Below are positions 9,970 through 18,586 of a stretch of DNA of 47,475 nt, piece by piece. This stretch comes from Clostridia bacterium (GTDB lineage Bacteria; Bacillota; Clostridia; Christensenellales; CAMQZB01): positions 1 to 47,475 of the forward strand of contig JAZNLR010000010.1 in assembly GCA_045579195.1 (NCBI GenBank), read 5' to 3'. Below the pieces are notes generated by a model that was not told where the DNA came from, searched no databases, and was given only the letters and a program-made list of their open reading frames with translations. Position 1 is the stretch's first letter, and every line of letters begins with the position of its first letter. The position numbers and the translations under genes are program-made.

Positions 9970-11265
9970 TTATTTCGACTTCTTTTTCTTCTTCGGGGGT
10001 TCATATCCTTCCAGAAGCATTGCCTCCTCGTATCCCTCGAAGTGCTCGTCGTCATCATCGGGCAGATTGTTCTCGTCATACTCAATGCCAGCGATGAGAT
10101 CTTCCCCCTCATGTGCGTTTGCCCATTCCTCAGCGTCTTTACGGATGATCTCCTTCTCCTCCGCAAGGCGAGCAAGGTCAGCACGCGAATATGCCTCGGG
10201 CAATTCGGTGATTGTGATCTCTTCGTCGGTGACAGGCTTCACAGCGCGGCGCTTCTTCATTTCGCCAAGCGGGTTGTGTTCCGCCTCTTTCTGCCTGCGG
10301 TACTTTTCTTCTGCGGTCGTCTTACCGCTCTTTGCAACCTTCGCGTAGATTCCGCGATCCTTCACAGCGCCCTCGATGCGATCGTTGATGAAGCGGTCGA
10401 ACACCCACTGAGAATAGTTCGTGATGACCAACAGCGCAAAGCTGAATCCGCACAGGAAGTAGAAGAACACCACCATGCTGGACAGCGCAGGGATGAGAAG
10501 AGAAATAAACATCGGGCAGATTGCGAGCGCCAAGAAGAAGATGTTCTGAACGAGCAAACCCACCGTCATATAGAACGCATTTTTCAAGACGTGAATGAAC
10601 TTCAATTGATACGTCGTGATGATGGTCAGCATAAACATCACCATGATCGACGAGAAGATCAAAAGAATATAAGATGCAACGCTTGCGATGGTGCTCATCG
10701 TGTCTCCGCCGAAATAATAGATCAATCGGTCATTATAGGCCTGGGTTAAGAAGAACAACGAGAGAACCGCAGCAAACAGAACAGTGGTCAAGAAGGTTTG
10801 CCAGAAATTCTGCTTAATTCCTTTCCACATATCAGGAGCAATGGAAACACCCTCCGTCCAAACGAGCTGACGCATGACGTACGTCGCGCCCGAGAGAACC
10901 AAGCTTGAGAAGATAACGGCGATGGGAAGATAAATGCACATAAACTGAATTTCCATATAGTTCGTGAGTGCAAATCCAACGTCGCCAACGTTGAGGTCCA
11001 CAGGATATCCAACGCCGATTGCCGAGGTATACGGCAAGCCTGCGCCGATTGCCATCTCGTTGATATACTGCAAATAGACAACCGCAATCACCGGCAAGAG
11101 CCCAACCAAGAGGATCAGGTTGACAAAGAAAATCTTTGAGAACTGCCCGAAGAAAATGCTCTTTCCCAGCTCCCAACGGTTGCTCGGCATTGTTCGACGT
11201 GCGTAATCCTCGTCCTTTTCCTTTCCAACGATTAAGTTATGCAAAATTCCTTTCTTTTCAGCCAT
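9970..11265 (-). CDS. multi-pass membrane protein, YesL/DUF624-like, with long charged C-terminal tail
   Basis: About 6 hydrophobic segments. The segment GATYVMRQLVWTEG resembles YesL family proteins. The last about 130 aa are strongly charged (DDDDEHFEGYEE...PPKKKKKSK). Confidence 0.45.
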   Translation of the reverse strand: MAEKKGILHNLIVGKEKDEDYARRTMPSNRWELGKSIFFGQFSKIFFVNLILLVGLLPVIAVVYLQYINEMAIGAGLPYTSAIGVGYPVDLNVGDVGFALTNYMEIQFMCIYLPIAVIFSSLVLSGATYVMRQLVWTEGVSIAPDMWKGIKQNFWQTFLTTVLFAAVLSLFFLTQAYNDRLIYYFGGDTMSTIASVASYILLIFSSIMVMFMLTIITTYQLKFIHVLKNAFYMTVGLLVQNIFFLALAICPMFISLLIPALSSMVVFFYFLCGFSFALLVITNYSQWVFDRFINDRIEGAVKDRGIYAKVAKSGKTTAEEKYRRQKEAEHNPLGEMKKRRAVKPVTDEEITITELPEAYSRADLARLAEEKEIIRKDAEEWANAHEGEDLIAGIEYDENNLPDDDDEHFEGYEEAMLLEGYEPPKKKKKSK

Positions 11266-11449
11266 ACAAAACTTCCTTCTCTATTTTCCCCTGTCAACGC
11301 CATATGAAAGATAAGCCGCTTTCAAGGGAACGGTCTTTGTGTGTTTTCTTTCCAATCCACACAAAAACACGATTTGATACATTTTCCTATATTGTAATAT
11401 AAAATCCAAAATATATCAAGAAAAAATCAAGCGTCCATGGCAAAAAATA

Positions 11450-11479
11450 TTGACAAACACACAATTCTCATGATATGAT
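11450..11479 (+). promoter_or_regulatory. sigma-A promoter of the lysine-riboswitch leader
   Basis: TTGACA (11450-11455), 18-nt spacer, TGaTATGAT (TATGAT at 11474-11479). Confidence 0.65.
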
Positions 11480-11490
11480 AACCATAATTG

Positions 11491-11630
11491 AAACTGAAGG
11501 TAGAGGAGCAGGAAACATCAGTACTCCACGGTGTGGGCGAAAGGGTATTCTTGCCGAAGCGGGAAACCGCTGGGTATACGGGCTAATACCCGTATAACTG
11601 TCGCCTCAAGCGAGGCGGAGCACTATCTGA
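11491..11630 (+). promoter_or_regulatory. lysine riboswitch (L-box) aptamer
   Basis: Conserved L-box blocks appear in order: GGTAGAGGAGC, AGTA, GAAAGGG, TTGCCGAAG, ACTGTC, GGAGCACTATC. It lies upstream of the lysine/DAP genes asd-dapA-dapB. Confidence 0.85.
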
Positions 11631-11712
11631 TTTTCAGGCAAACTGCCATTTTTGCGCGCGTTTCACACATCGAAGGAACGGGCAAAGAATGGGAGATCCT
11701 GTGAATTTTTTG

Positions 11713-11741
11713 ACGCGCTCCGACTTCGAAGTGCGTTTTTT
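11713..11741 (+). terminator. riboswitch expression-platform terminator
   Basis: Stem ACGCGCT/AGTGCGT followed by T6. Its 5' arm GCTCCG can alternatively pair with CGGAGC of the aptamer 3' P1 strand, forming an antiterminator. Confidence 0.55.
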
Positions 11742-11781
11742 AATATCTGACTATCTTTTTAATCCTTGGAGGATCATCAAT

Positions 11782-12780
11782 ATGAAAAAATTTAATGTTG
11801 CTGTTGTTGGCGCAACGGGTATGGTCGGAAGAAAGTTCTTGGAAGTTCTCACCGAACGCAAGCTCCCCGTTGAAAATTACTATCTCTTTGCATCCGCAAA
11901 AAGCGCCGGAAAGAAGATCGACTTCATGGGCAAGGAACACACCGTTTTGGAACTCAATGAGGAAAACATCCGTGCACACAAGGTCGACATCGCGCTCTTC
12001 TCCGCAGGCGCAGGCACGTCCAAGACGTATGCTCCCCTCTTCGCAGAGCTCGGAACGGTCGTCGTTGACAACTCCAGCCAGTGGAGAACGGATCCCGAAG
12101 TTCCCCTTGTCGTTCCCGAGGTCAATCCGCAGGATATCGATTGGAATAAGGGAATCATCGCAAACCCGAACTGCTCCACCATTCAGGCAATGGTGGCCCT
12201 CAAGCCTCTTCACGATCGCTTCCGCATCAAGCGCATTGTGTACTCCACCTATCAGGCGGTTTCCGGCGCAGGTGTCGGCGGCTATAACGACCTGAAGGAA
12301 GGAATGGCAGGCAATCCTCCCACGAAGTTCGTGCATCCCATCGCAGGCAACATCATTCCGCACATTGACTCCTTCACCGACAGCGGATATACGAAGGAAG
12401 AGATCAAAATGATGTTTGAAACGCGTAAGATCCTCGGCGATCAGAGTCTGAAGATCACCGCAACCACCGCACGCGTTCCCGTCTTCCACGGGCACAGCGA
12501 GTCCATCAACCTTGAGTTCTTCAACCCTTGCACCATCGAAGAGGTCAAAGAAGCCCTCGCAAATGCACCCGGACTCGTCCTTTTGGACGACGTTGCAAAC
12601 AACGTTTATCCGATGCCCATTTACGCAGAGAACAAAGATGAAGTCTTCGTTGGCCGCGTTCGTATTGATGACTCTGTTGACAGCGGCGTCAATCTCTGGG
12701 TCGTTGCAGACAACATCCGCAAGGGTGCTGCAACCAACGCAGTTCAGATCGCGGAATTGCTCATCGCAAAGATGGCATAA
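11782..12780 (+). CDS. asd: aspartate-semialdehyde dehydrogenase
   Basis: Start MKKFNVAVVGATGMVGRKF after GGAGG. Active-site region IANPNCSTI. 332 aa. Confidence 0.9.
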   Translation: MKKFNVAVVGATGMVGRKFLEVLTERKLPVENYYLFASAKSAGKKIDFMGKEHTVLELNEENIRAHKVDIALFSAGAGTSKTYAPLFAELGTVVVDNSSQWRTDPEVPLVVPEVNPQDIDWNKGIIANPNCSTIQAMVALKPLHDRFRIKRIVYSTYQAVSGAGVGGYNDLKEGMAGNPPTKFVHPIAGNIIPHIDSFTDSGYTKEEIKMMFETRKILGDQSLKITATTARVPVFHGHSESINLEFFNPCTIEEVKEALANAPGLVLLDDVANNVYPMPIYAENKDEVFVGRVRIDDSVDSGVNLWVVADNIRKGAATNAVQIAELLIAKMA

Positions 12781-12858
12781 AACACCAAAGACGCACACAT
12801 TTTTCAATCAACACATATATTGCAAGCGGATGGGATTCCACCCGCGGAGGTTAATTTT

Positions 12859-13746
12859 ATGAAACTGTTTCAAGGAAGCTGCACAGCACTCATCACCCCG
12901 TTCGATGAAAACGGCGCAATCGACTTTGCCGAGTTCGGCAAAATGATTGAATTCCAGATCGAAAACGGAACGGATGCTATCGTCGTCGCAGGATCGACAG
13001 GTGAACCCTCCACGCTGACCGCACAGGAAAAGCACGATCTCATTGCGTACGCCGTAAAAAAGGTCAATCACCGCATCGTCGTCATCGCGGGAACGGGTGG
13101 GAATTGCACGAGAACGGCCATTGAGGACAGCAAGGACGCTGAAGCTCTGGGAGTGGATGGTTTGCTCGTCGTCACGCCGTACTACAACAAGTGCACGCAA
13201 AACGGCCTCGTCGCATATTACCGCGCAATCTGTGAAAGCGTGAAGATTCCTGTCCTTGCGTACAACGTTCCTGCGAGAACGGGTGTAAACCTTCTTCCGA
13301 AGACGGCAGGCATCATCGCAAAGATTCCCAACCTTGTCGGATTGAAAGACGCGACCGGAAATATGGCGCAGGCAATCGACACTTTGCGTGAGTTGGACGG
13401 AAATGCCGAGCTGTACTGTGGAGACGACGACATCAACTTCCCAATGCTCGCAATCGGTGCGGCAGGAATCATCTCCGTTATCTCCAACGTTATCCCAAAA
13501 GAACTCAAAGCAATGTGTGACGCATTCTTTGCAGGCGACATCGCAACGGCACAGGCATGGAACAAGAAGATGTTCCCCCTCTCCATCGCAATGTTCATCG
13601 AGGTCAATCCCATTCCCGCAAAGGCAGCTTGCAACCTCATCGGCTTCAAGGCAGGAACGCCACGTGCACCCCTGACCGAGCTCGAACCGCAAAATCTTGC
13701 AAAGCTGGAAGCTGCTATGGCTGAGTTTGGCGTTCAGCATCTTTAA
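12859..13746 (+). CDS. dapA: 4-hydroxy-tetrahydrodipicolinate synthase
   Basis: Start MKLFQGSCTALITPF after GGAGG. Motifs GSTGE and YNVPARTG, and the Schiff-base Lys context GLKDATG. Confidence 0.9.
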   Translation: MKLFQGSCTALITPFDENGAIDFAEFGKMIEFQIENGTDAIVVAGSTGEPSTLTAQEKHDLIAYAVKKVNHRIVVIAGTGGNCTRTAIEDSKDAEALGVDGLLVVTPYYNKCTQNGLVAYYRAICESVKIPVLAYNVPARTGVNLLPKTAGIIAKIPNLVGLKDATGNMAQAIDTLRELDGNAELYCGDDDINFPMLAIGAAGIISVISNVIPKELKAMCDAFFAGDIATAQAWNKKMFPLSIAMFIEVNPIPAKAACNLIGFKAGTPRAPLTELEPQNLAKLEAAMAEFGVQHL

Positions 13747-13773
13747 TTCCTTTCGCAGTTTGAGGAGGTCTTT

Positions 13774-14526
13774 ATGATCAACATTCTTCTCGTTGGCGCG
13801 TGCGGCAAGATGGGCCACGCTGTTGCTGCAAGTGCATCTTTGACGGAGGACGTTCGCATTGTTGCAGGTGTTGACGTCTTTGCCGATGCAACCGCACAGT
13901 TCCCCATTTACCCCGACTTTGATTCCGTCAAGGAAGCAATCGACGTCGTCATCGACTTCTCTTCCCCGAAGGTTCTTCCCTCCCTTCTTGCATTCTGCAA
14001 AAAGACGGGTGCGAGCGCAGTTCTCTGCACCACGGGGTATTCAGAGGCGGACAAGCAAACCATCTTGGATGCATCGAAAACCCTTGCGCTCTTCCAATCC
14101 GCAAATATGTCCGTCGGTATCAACTTGCTCTCCGAGCTATGCCGACGTGCTTCTTCCCTGCTCGGTTCAAACTTCGAAGTGGAGATCGTTGAAAAGCACC
14201 ACAACAAGAAAGTGGATGCACCCAGCGGAACGGCGCTTGCGCTTGCTGAGGAGATCGCTTCCGTGCGCGAAGGCTCTTCCTTCGTCTACGGTCGGCAAGG
14301 TGTGACGGGAAAGAGAACGCAAGCCGAAATCGGCATCCACGCCGTACGCGGCGGAAATATTGTCGGAGATCACGATGTGATGTTTATCAGCGACAACGAA
14401 ATCATCACCCTTTCCCACAGAGCAGAATCCAAAGCGGTCTTTGCAGACGGCGCTGTCCGTGCGGCAAAGTTTATCGCCGGAAAACCTGCCGGAAAGTACA
14501 GCATGAAAGATCTCATTTCGGAATAA
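13774..14526 (+). CDS. dapB: 4-hydroxy-tetrahydrodipicolinate reductase
   Basis: GAGGAGG RBS. N-terminal VGACGKMG dinucleotide fold, and EIVEKHHNKKVDAPSGTA (E-x-HH-x-K-x-DAPSGTA) signature. Confidence 0.9.
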   Translation: MINILLVGACGKMGHAVAASASLTEDVRIVAGVDVFADATAQFPIYPDFDSVKEAIDVVIDFSSPKVLPSLLAFCKKTGASAVLCTTGYSEADKQTILDASKTLALFQSANMSVGINLLSELCRRASSLLGSNFEVEIVEKHHNKKVDAPSGTALALAEEIASVREGSSFVYGRQGVTGKRTQAEIGIHAVRGGNIVGDHDVMFISDNEIITLSHRAESKAVFADGAVRAAKFIAGKPAGKYSMKDLISE

Positions 14527-14545
14527 ATGGTTTTTACCTTCAAAA

Positions 14546-14585
14546 TAAAAAGCGGAACGGCAATTTTGCCGCTCCGCTTTTTTTC
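14546..14585. terminator. bidirectional terminator between dapB and tkt
   Basis: 12-bp stem AGCGGAACGGCA/TGCCGCTCCGCT (1 mismatch) flanked by an A-run and T8. Confidence 0.8.
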
Positions 14586-14597
14586 TATCTCTTTTTT

Positions 14598-16571
14598 TTA
14601 CTTCTTCAAAACTTCTTTTGCCTTTGCAACGACGTTTTCAACAGTGAAGCCGTACTTCTTGAAGAGCTGACCTGCAGGTGCACTCTCGCCGAATCCGTCG
14701 ATTCCGATGACTGCTCCGTCCAATCCAACGTACTTATACCAACAACCCGTGCTTCCCGCCTCAACTGCAACACGTGCGCGAACGGCATTGGGAAGAACGC
14801 TCTCGCGGTACTCCGCGCTTTGACGGTCAAACTCTTCCAAGCAAGGCATCGAAATGACGCGAGCCTTGATCCCCTCTTTTGCGAGCTCTTCCTTTGCGCC
14901 CATGATCTGTTCCACTTCCGAGCCGCTTGCCATGAGGAGAACGTCCGGCGTTCCTTCGCAGTCAGCGAGAACGTATCCACCCTTCAACGCTGCAAGGCCG
15001 GTGTTTTCGTACTGCGGGAGATTCTGTCTGGTCAAGACGAGGCAGGTGGGTTTGTCACCCGTCAAAGCGGAAATCCAAGCTGCGGTGGTCTCCTTGCCGT
15101 CTGCCGGGCGGAACACCTTGATGTTCGGGATCGCACGAAGTCCGGTGAGGTGCTCAACGGGCTGATGGGTCGGGCCGTCTTCGCCGACGCCGATGGAGTC
15201 GTGCGTCAAGATGTACGTCACGGGCAGGTTCATGATCGCGCTCATACGCATTGCATTCTTCATATAATCGCTGAACACAAAGAAGGTTGCGCAGTAATTC
15301 TTTAAGCCGCCGTGCAAGCAGATTCCGTTGGAGATCGCACTCATTGCGTGCTCACGGATTCCGAAGTGCAAGTTAGAGCCGGTGCGATCCTCTTTCGAGA
15401 AGTCGCCGCGCTTTTTCATATTGGACTTGTTGGAAGGTGCAAGGTCTGCAGATCCACCGATCAGGTTGGGAACGAGATCCGCAAGCTTGTTAAGAACGGT
15501 AAAACTAGTGTTTCTCGTTGCATCGGGCTTTTCAAAACGGAAAAGATCTTCACAAGAAGCAAGATCAACCATTTCTCCGCTCATCCAAGCGCGATATTCC
15601 TTTGCGAGCTCGGGATATGCCTGTTCATACGAAGCAAAGAGTGTGTTCCAAGCAGCTTCCGCTCTTGCGCCCTTTTCACCCACTTCAGCGGTGTGAGCAA
15701 AGACTTCGTCAGGAACTTCGAACGCATCACAAGTCCAACCGAGGTTTTCAGCAAGTTTCTGGATGTTTGCTTCGCCGAGCGGTGCACCGTGACACTCATG
15801 AGAGCCCTGTTGCGGAGCGCCATATCCAATGATGGTCTTCACAACGATCAAAGTCGGCTTTTCATCCTGTGCCTTTGCGCGAGCAATTGCTTCTTTCAAA
15901 GCGTCAATGTCGTTTCCGTCGTCAACGTACTCCACGTTCCATCCCTGAGCCGCGTGACGCGCGCCGACGTCTTCACGGAATGCAATGTCCGTATCGCCCT
16001 CAATGGTAATCTCGTTGTCATCATAAAAGACGATGAGCTTATTGAGCCCAAGCGTTCCTGCCAAAGATGCAGCCTCAGCCTCGATGCCCTCCATCATACA
16101 TCCATCTCCTGCGAGGACGTACGTATAATGATCGACAATGGGATATCCTTCGCGGTTAAACTTTGCCGCAAGATAGCTTTCAGCAAGTGCCATACCAACG
16201 CCGTTTGCAACGCCCTGTCCGAGCGGGCCGGTCGTGGTCTCAACACCGACGGTGTGGCCGTACTCCGGGTGGCCCGGGGTCTTTGCGTTCATCTGACGGA
16301 ACTGCATCAAGTCTTCCTTCGTCAGACCGAATCCAAAGAGGTACAGCAGCGAATAATTCAACATCGAACCGTGTCCTGCCGAGAGAATAAAACGGTCGCG
16401 ATTGTCGAACTTCGGGTTCTTCGGGTTATACTTCATCGTATCTGCAAACAGAGTGTATCCAATCGGAGCAGAGCCCAAAGGAAGACCGGGATGGCCCGAG
16501 TTTGCCTTCTGGATTGCCTGCGCGGAAAGCATTCTGATCGCGTTTACGGTCAAATTTGCAACGTTATTCAT
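14598..16571 (-). CDS. tkt: transketolase (single polypeptide, 657 aa)
   Basis: Motifs SGHPGLPLGSAP, GDGCMMEG (TPP-binding), and THDSIGVGEDGPTHQP. Confidence 0.92.
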   Translation of the reverse strand: MNNVANLTVNAIRMLSAQAIQKANSGHPGLPLGSAPIGYTLFADTMKYNPKNPKFDNRDRFILSAGHGSMLNYSLLYLFGFGLTKEDLMQFRQMNAKTPGHPEYGHTVGVETTTGPLGQGVANGVGMALAESYLAAKFNREGYPIVDHYTYVLAGDGCMMEGIEAEAASLAGTLGLNKLIVFYDDNEITIEGDTDIAFREDVGARHAAQGWNVEYVDDGNDIDALKEAIARAKAQDEKPTLIVVKTIIGYGAPQQGSHECHGAPLGEANIQKLAENLGWTCDAFEVPDEVFAHTAEVGEKGARAEAAWNTLFASYEQAYPELAKEYRAWMSGEMVDLASCEDLFRFEKPDATRNTSFTVLNKLADLVPNLIGGSADLAPSNKSNMKKRGDFSKEDRTGSNLHFGIREHAMSAISNGICLHGGLKNYCATFFVFSDYMKNAMRMSAIMNLPVTYILTHDSIGVGEDGPTHQPVEHLTGLRAIPNIKVFRPADGKETTAAWISALTGDKPTCLVLTRQNLPQYENTGLAALKGGYVLADCEGTPDVLLMASGSEVEQIMGAKEELAKEGIKARVISMPCLEEFDRQSAEYRESVLPNAVRARVAVEAGSTGCWYKYVGLDGAVIGIDGFGESAPAGQLFKKYGFTVENVVAKAKEVLKK

Positions 16572-16610
16572 GGATCAACCTCCAAAATATTTTCTTCATT
16601 CATTTGCGCG

Positions 16611-18119
16611 TCACTCTTCCACGAATGCACGCAATTTTTCGGTGTCCAGCTTGTCAAACTGGGACAGGTAATCATAAAGACGGGCTGCAATCCGCTTCGC
16701 ACCACCATCGACATTGCTCTCAATGTTGAGAGGCATGATCGGGTCGTGCACGGACATGCGCAAGAGCAAGAATCCATCCTCATCGGGGTCGTGCATCGAA
16801 ATGCGCACGCCTTCTCTGCTATCCGTTGCCAGCTCACCGAGATTGGGAGCAAACAGCTCAAGCAGACCGAGAACGTCTTCCCCGTACTCTGAGAAGTGCG
16901 GCGTGGTGATGCGCATTCGAATTTCCTTCTCCTCTTTTGCACACTTTAAGTCCGCAATGAGAGATTCAAGCGTTCTTCCCTGCGCTCTCAGTTTTGCCAT
17001 CTCGATCAAGATGCGCGTGATGAGGTAAGCACCGTCGTCCAAAAAATAATTCTCACGAAGCGCCGCGTGACCGCTGGTCTCGATTGCAAGGGGGCAATCT
17101 CTTCCCTCTTCATTGAGGCGAACCGCTTCGTTGATAACGTTTTTATAGCCGCGCTTGTAGCGGTAATGAATGCCGCCGCGGCGTCGAATGAATTCCGCAA
17201 GACCGTCGCCCGTGACGCTGTCCGTCACGATATATGCTCCGCGCTTTTCTTTCAACAAAATGGCAGAAATGAGCGCAATCAAACGGTTGCGATTGATCTC
17301 CTTTCCGTCCGCAGAAACTGCACCCGCGCGGTCCACATCGGTGTCAAAGATGATTCCGAAATCCGCATTCGTCTTGAGAACCGCCTCGCAGATATACTGC
17401 ATTGCAACGGGGTTTTCGGGATTGGGAACGTGATTTGGGAAGTTTCCGTCTGGCTCCAAAAACTGACTTCCCGTCGTGTCTGCGCCGAGCGGCTTTAAGA
17501 CCTCCTCGACGTAAAAACCGCCTGCGCCGTTGCCTGCATCCACGATGATGCGCATCCCCTCAAACGGACGATCAGTCTGGCAACTTGTCCGAACCATTTC
17601 AACGAGACGCTTTGCGTAAGTCGACATAAAGTCAACGCTGATGATGCTTCCGCCCTCTTTTTGTTCAAAGGCGTTCTCTTCAGCGAGGTTGAGGATGGTC
17701 GTGATGTCGTATGACTCCAGCCCCGCAACGCGGTCAAAGAACTTCAAGCCATTCTTGTTGAACGGATGGTGGCTTGCGGTCAACTGAATGGATCCGTCAC
17801 AATCGAGGCTTTCCTCTTTCGTGATCATAAACATTGCAGGCGTAGAAGACAGCCCTGCATCCAAAACGGTTGCGCCCATCTCCAAAAGAGCGTTCACAAC
17901 GCAGGTCTTCAAGCGCGGTGCAGAAATACGACTGTCGTGTCCAACGGCAATGCGCAAACTCTTCTTTCTCGTTTTCTTAGATAAGAACACAAAAAAGGCT
18001 TTCGCCATGCGAGCAACGCGATCATCGGTCAACGTGACCGTTTCTCCCTCGACGCCTTCACTGGCAACGCCTCTGATATCGCTTCCGCTTTTAAAGTGCA
18101 ACCACTCCGAACTTGGCAT
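16611..18119 (-). CDS. phosphomannomutase/phosphoglucomutase family protein
   Basis: Start MPSSEW after GGGAGGAG. Active-site loop TASHHPFNKNG and metal loop FDTDVDR. Only 39 nt without a terminator precede tkt, so the two are probably co-transcribed. Confidence 0.8.
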   Translation of the reverse strand: MPSSEWLHFKSGSDIRGVASEGVEGETVTLTDDRVARMAKAFFVFLSKKTRKKSLRIAVGHDSRISAPRLKTCVVNALLEMGATVLDAGLSSTPAMFMITKEESLDCDGSIQLTASHHPFNKNGLKFFDRVAGLESYDITTILNLAEENAFEQKEGGSIISVDFMSTYAKRLVEMVRTSCQTDRPFEGMRIIVDAGNGAGGFYVEEVLKPLGADTTGSQFLEPDGNFPNHVPNPENPVAMQYICEAVLKTNADFGIIFDTDVDRAGAVSADGKEINRNRLIALISAILLKEKRGAYIVTDSVTGDGLAEFIRRRGGIHYRYKRGYKNVINEAVRLNEEGRDCPLAIETSGHAALRENYFLDDGAYLITRILIEMAKLRAQGRTLESLIADLKCAKEEKEIRMRITTPHFSEYGEDVLGLLELFAPNLGELATDSREGVRISMHDPDEDGFLLLRMSVHDPIMPLNIESNVDGGAKRIAARLYDYLSQFDKLDTEKLRAFVEE

Positions 18120-18206
18120 ACTCTCCTCCCGCACAACATTCGCTTCCGGCCATTTGCCGAAAACCAGATCCCATCTTACAAGAGATTCCTCATTCTATCC
18201 TATCAT

Positions 18207-18235
18207 AGTATATCATATCTTTCGCCGCTTGGCAA
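18207..18235 (-). promoter_or_regulatory. sigma-A promoter of the phosphohexomutase-tkt unit
   Basis: Minus strand TTGCCA, 17-nt spacer, TGaTATACT. Confidence 0.6.
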
Positions 18236-18281
18236 AATAAACGGCATTCTTTTTCGCATTTTTTCAAAAAACAGCGGTTAT

Positions 18282-18315
18282 AAAAAGCGGAGCCTTGCCC
18301 ATTGCAAAGCTCCGC
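18282..18315 (-). terminator. intrinsic terminator after the zinc-ribbon gene
   Basis: GCGGAGC...GCTCCGC extended stem followed by a U-tract on the minus strand. Confidence 0.75.
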
Positions 18316-18322
18316 GACGTCA

Positions 18323-18511
18323 TCAATGTTTGCATCCCGAACAGGTTGCGCAATTTCCCGAACAAGCAGAGCTCTTTCCTCCGTTGCATGTTCCAAAAAA
18401 CGCCTGCTTGACCTCTCCTCCGCACACAGGGCAACGGGGCTTCTCCCCCTCCTTGACAAGGGTTTCAAATTGTTTCTTGCAGCTCTTGCACTCAAACTGT
18501 AACAGCGTCAT
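18323..18511 (-). CDS. FmdB-family zinc-ribbon protein (62 aa)
   Basis: Start MTLLQFECKSCKKQFE after GGAGG. Two CxxC pairs (CKSC, CPVC) plus a Cys-rich tail CSGNCATCSGCKH. Confidence 0.7.
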   Translation of the reverse strand: MTLLQFECKSCKKQFETLVKEGEKPRCPVCGGEVKQAFFGTCNGGKSSACSGNCATCSGCKH

Positions 18512-18586
18512 AAACGGCCTCCATTTCTGCCTTTTCTCATCGCTATGATACAATAAAATTGCCTCTTTGGCAAGTGATTTTTGGCC

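Noticed and set aside
11689-11781. An upstream in-frame extension of asd (MGDPVNFLTRS...).
   Set aside because: It overlaps the riboswitch terminator and has no SD. The canonical asd N-terminus MKKFNVAVVGATG follows a GGAGG at 11782.
11740-13818. Long minus-strand ORFs of 355 aa (11740-12807) and 336 aa (12808-13818), antisense to asd and dapA.
   Set aside because: They lie entirely opposite genes with unambiguous motifs. They have no SD and give low-complexity Cys/Arg/Val-rich translations. These are typical stop-free antisense frames of codon-biased genes.
15312-16892. A 526-aa + strand ORF antisense to tkt and the 3' end of the phosphohexomutase gene.
   Set aside because: It spans two convergently read real genes and the gap between them, and has no recognisable domain or RBS. 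It is an antisense-frame artefact.
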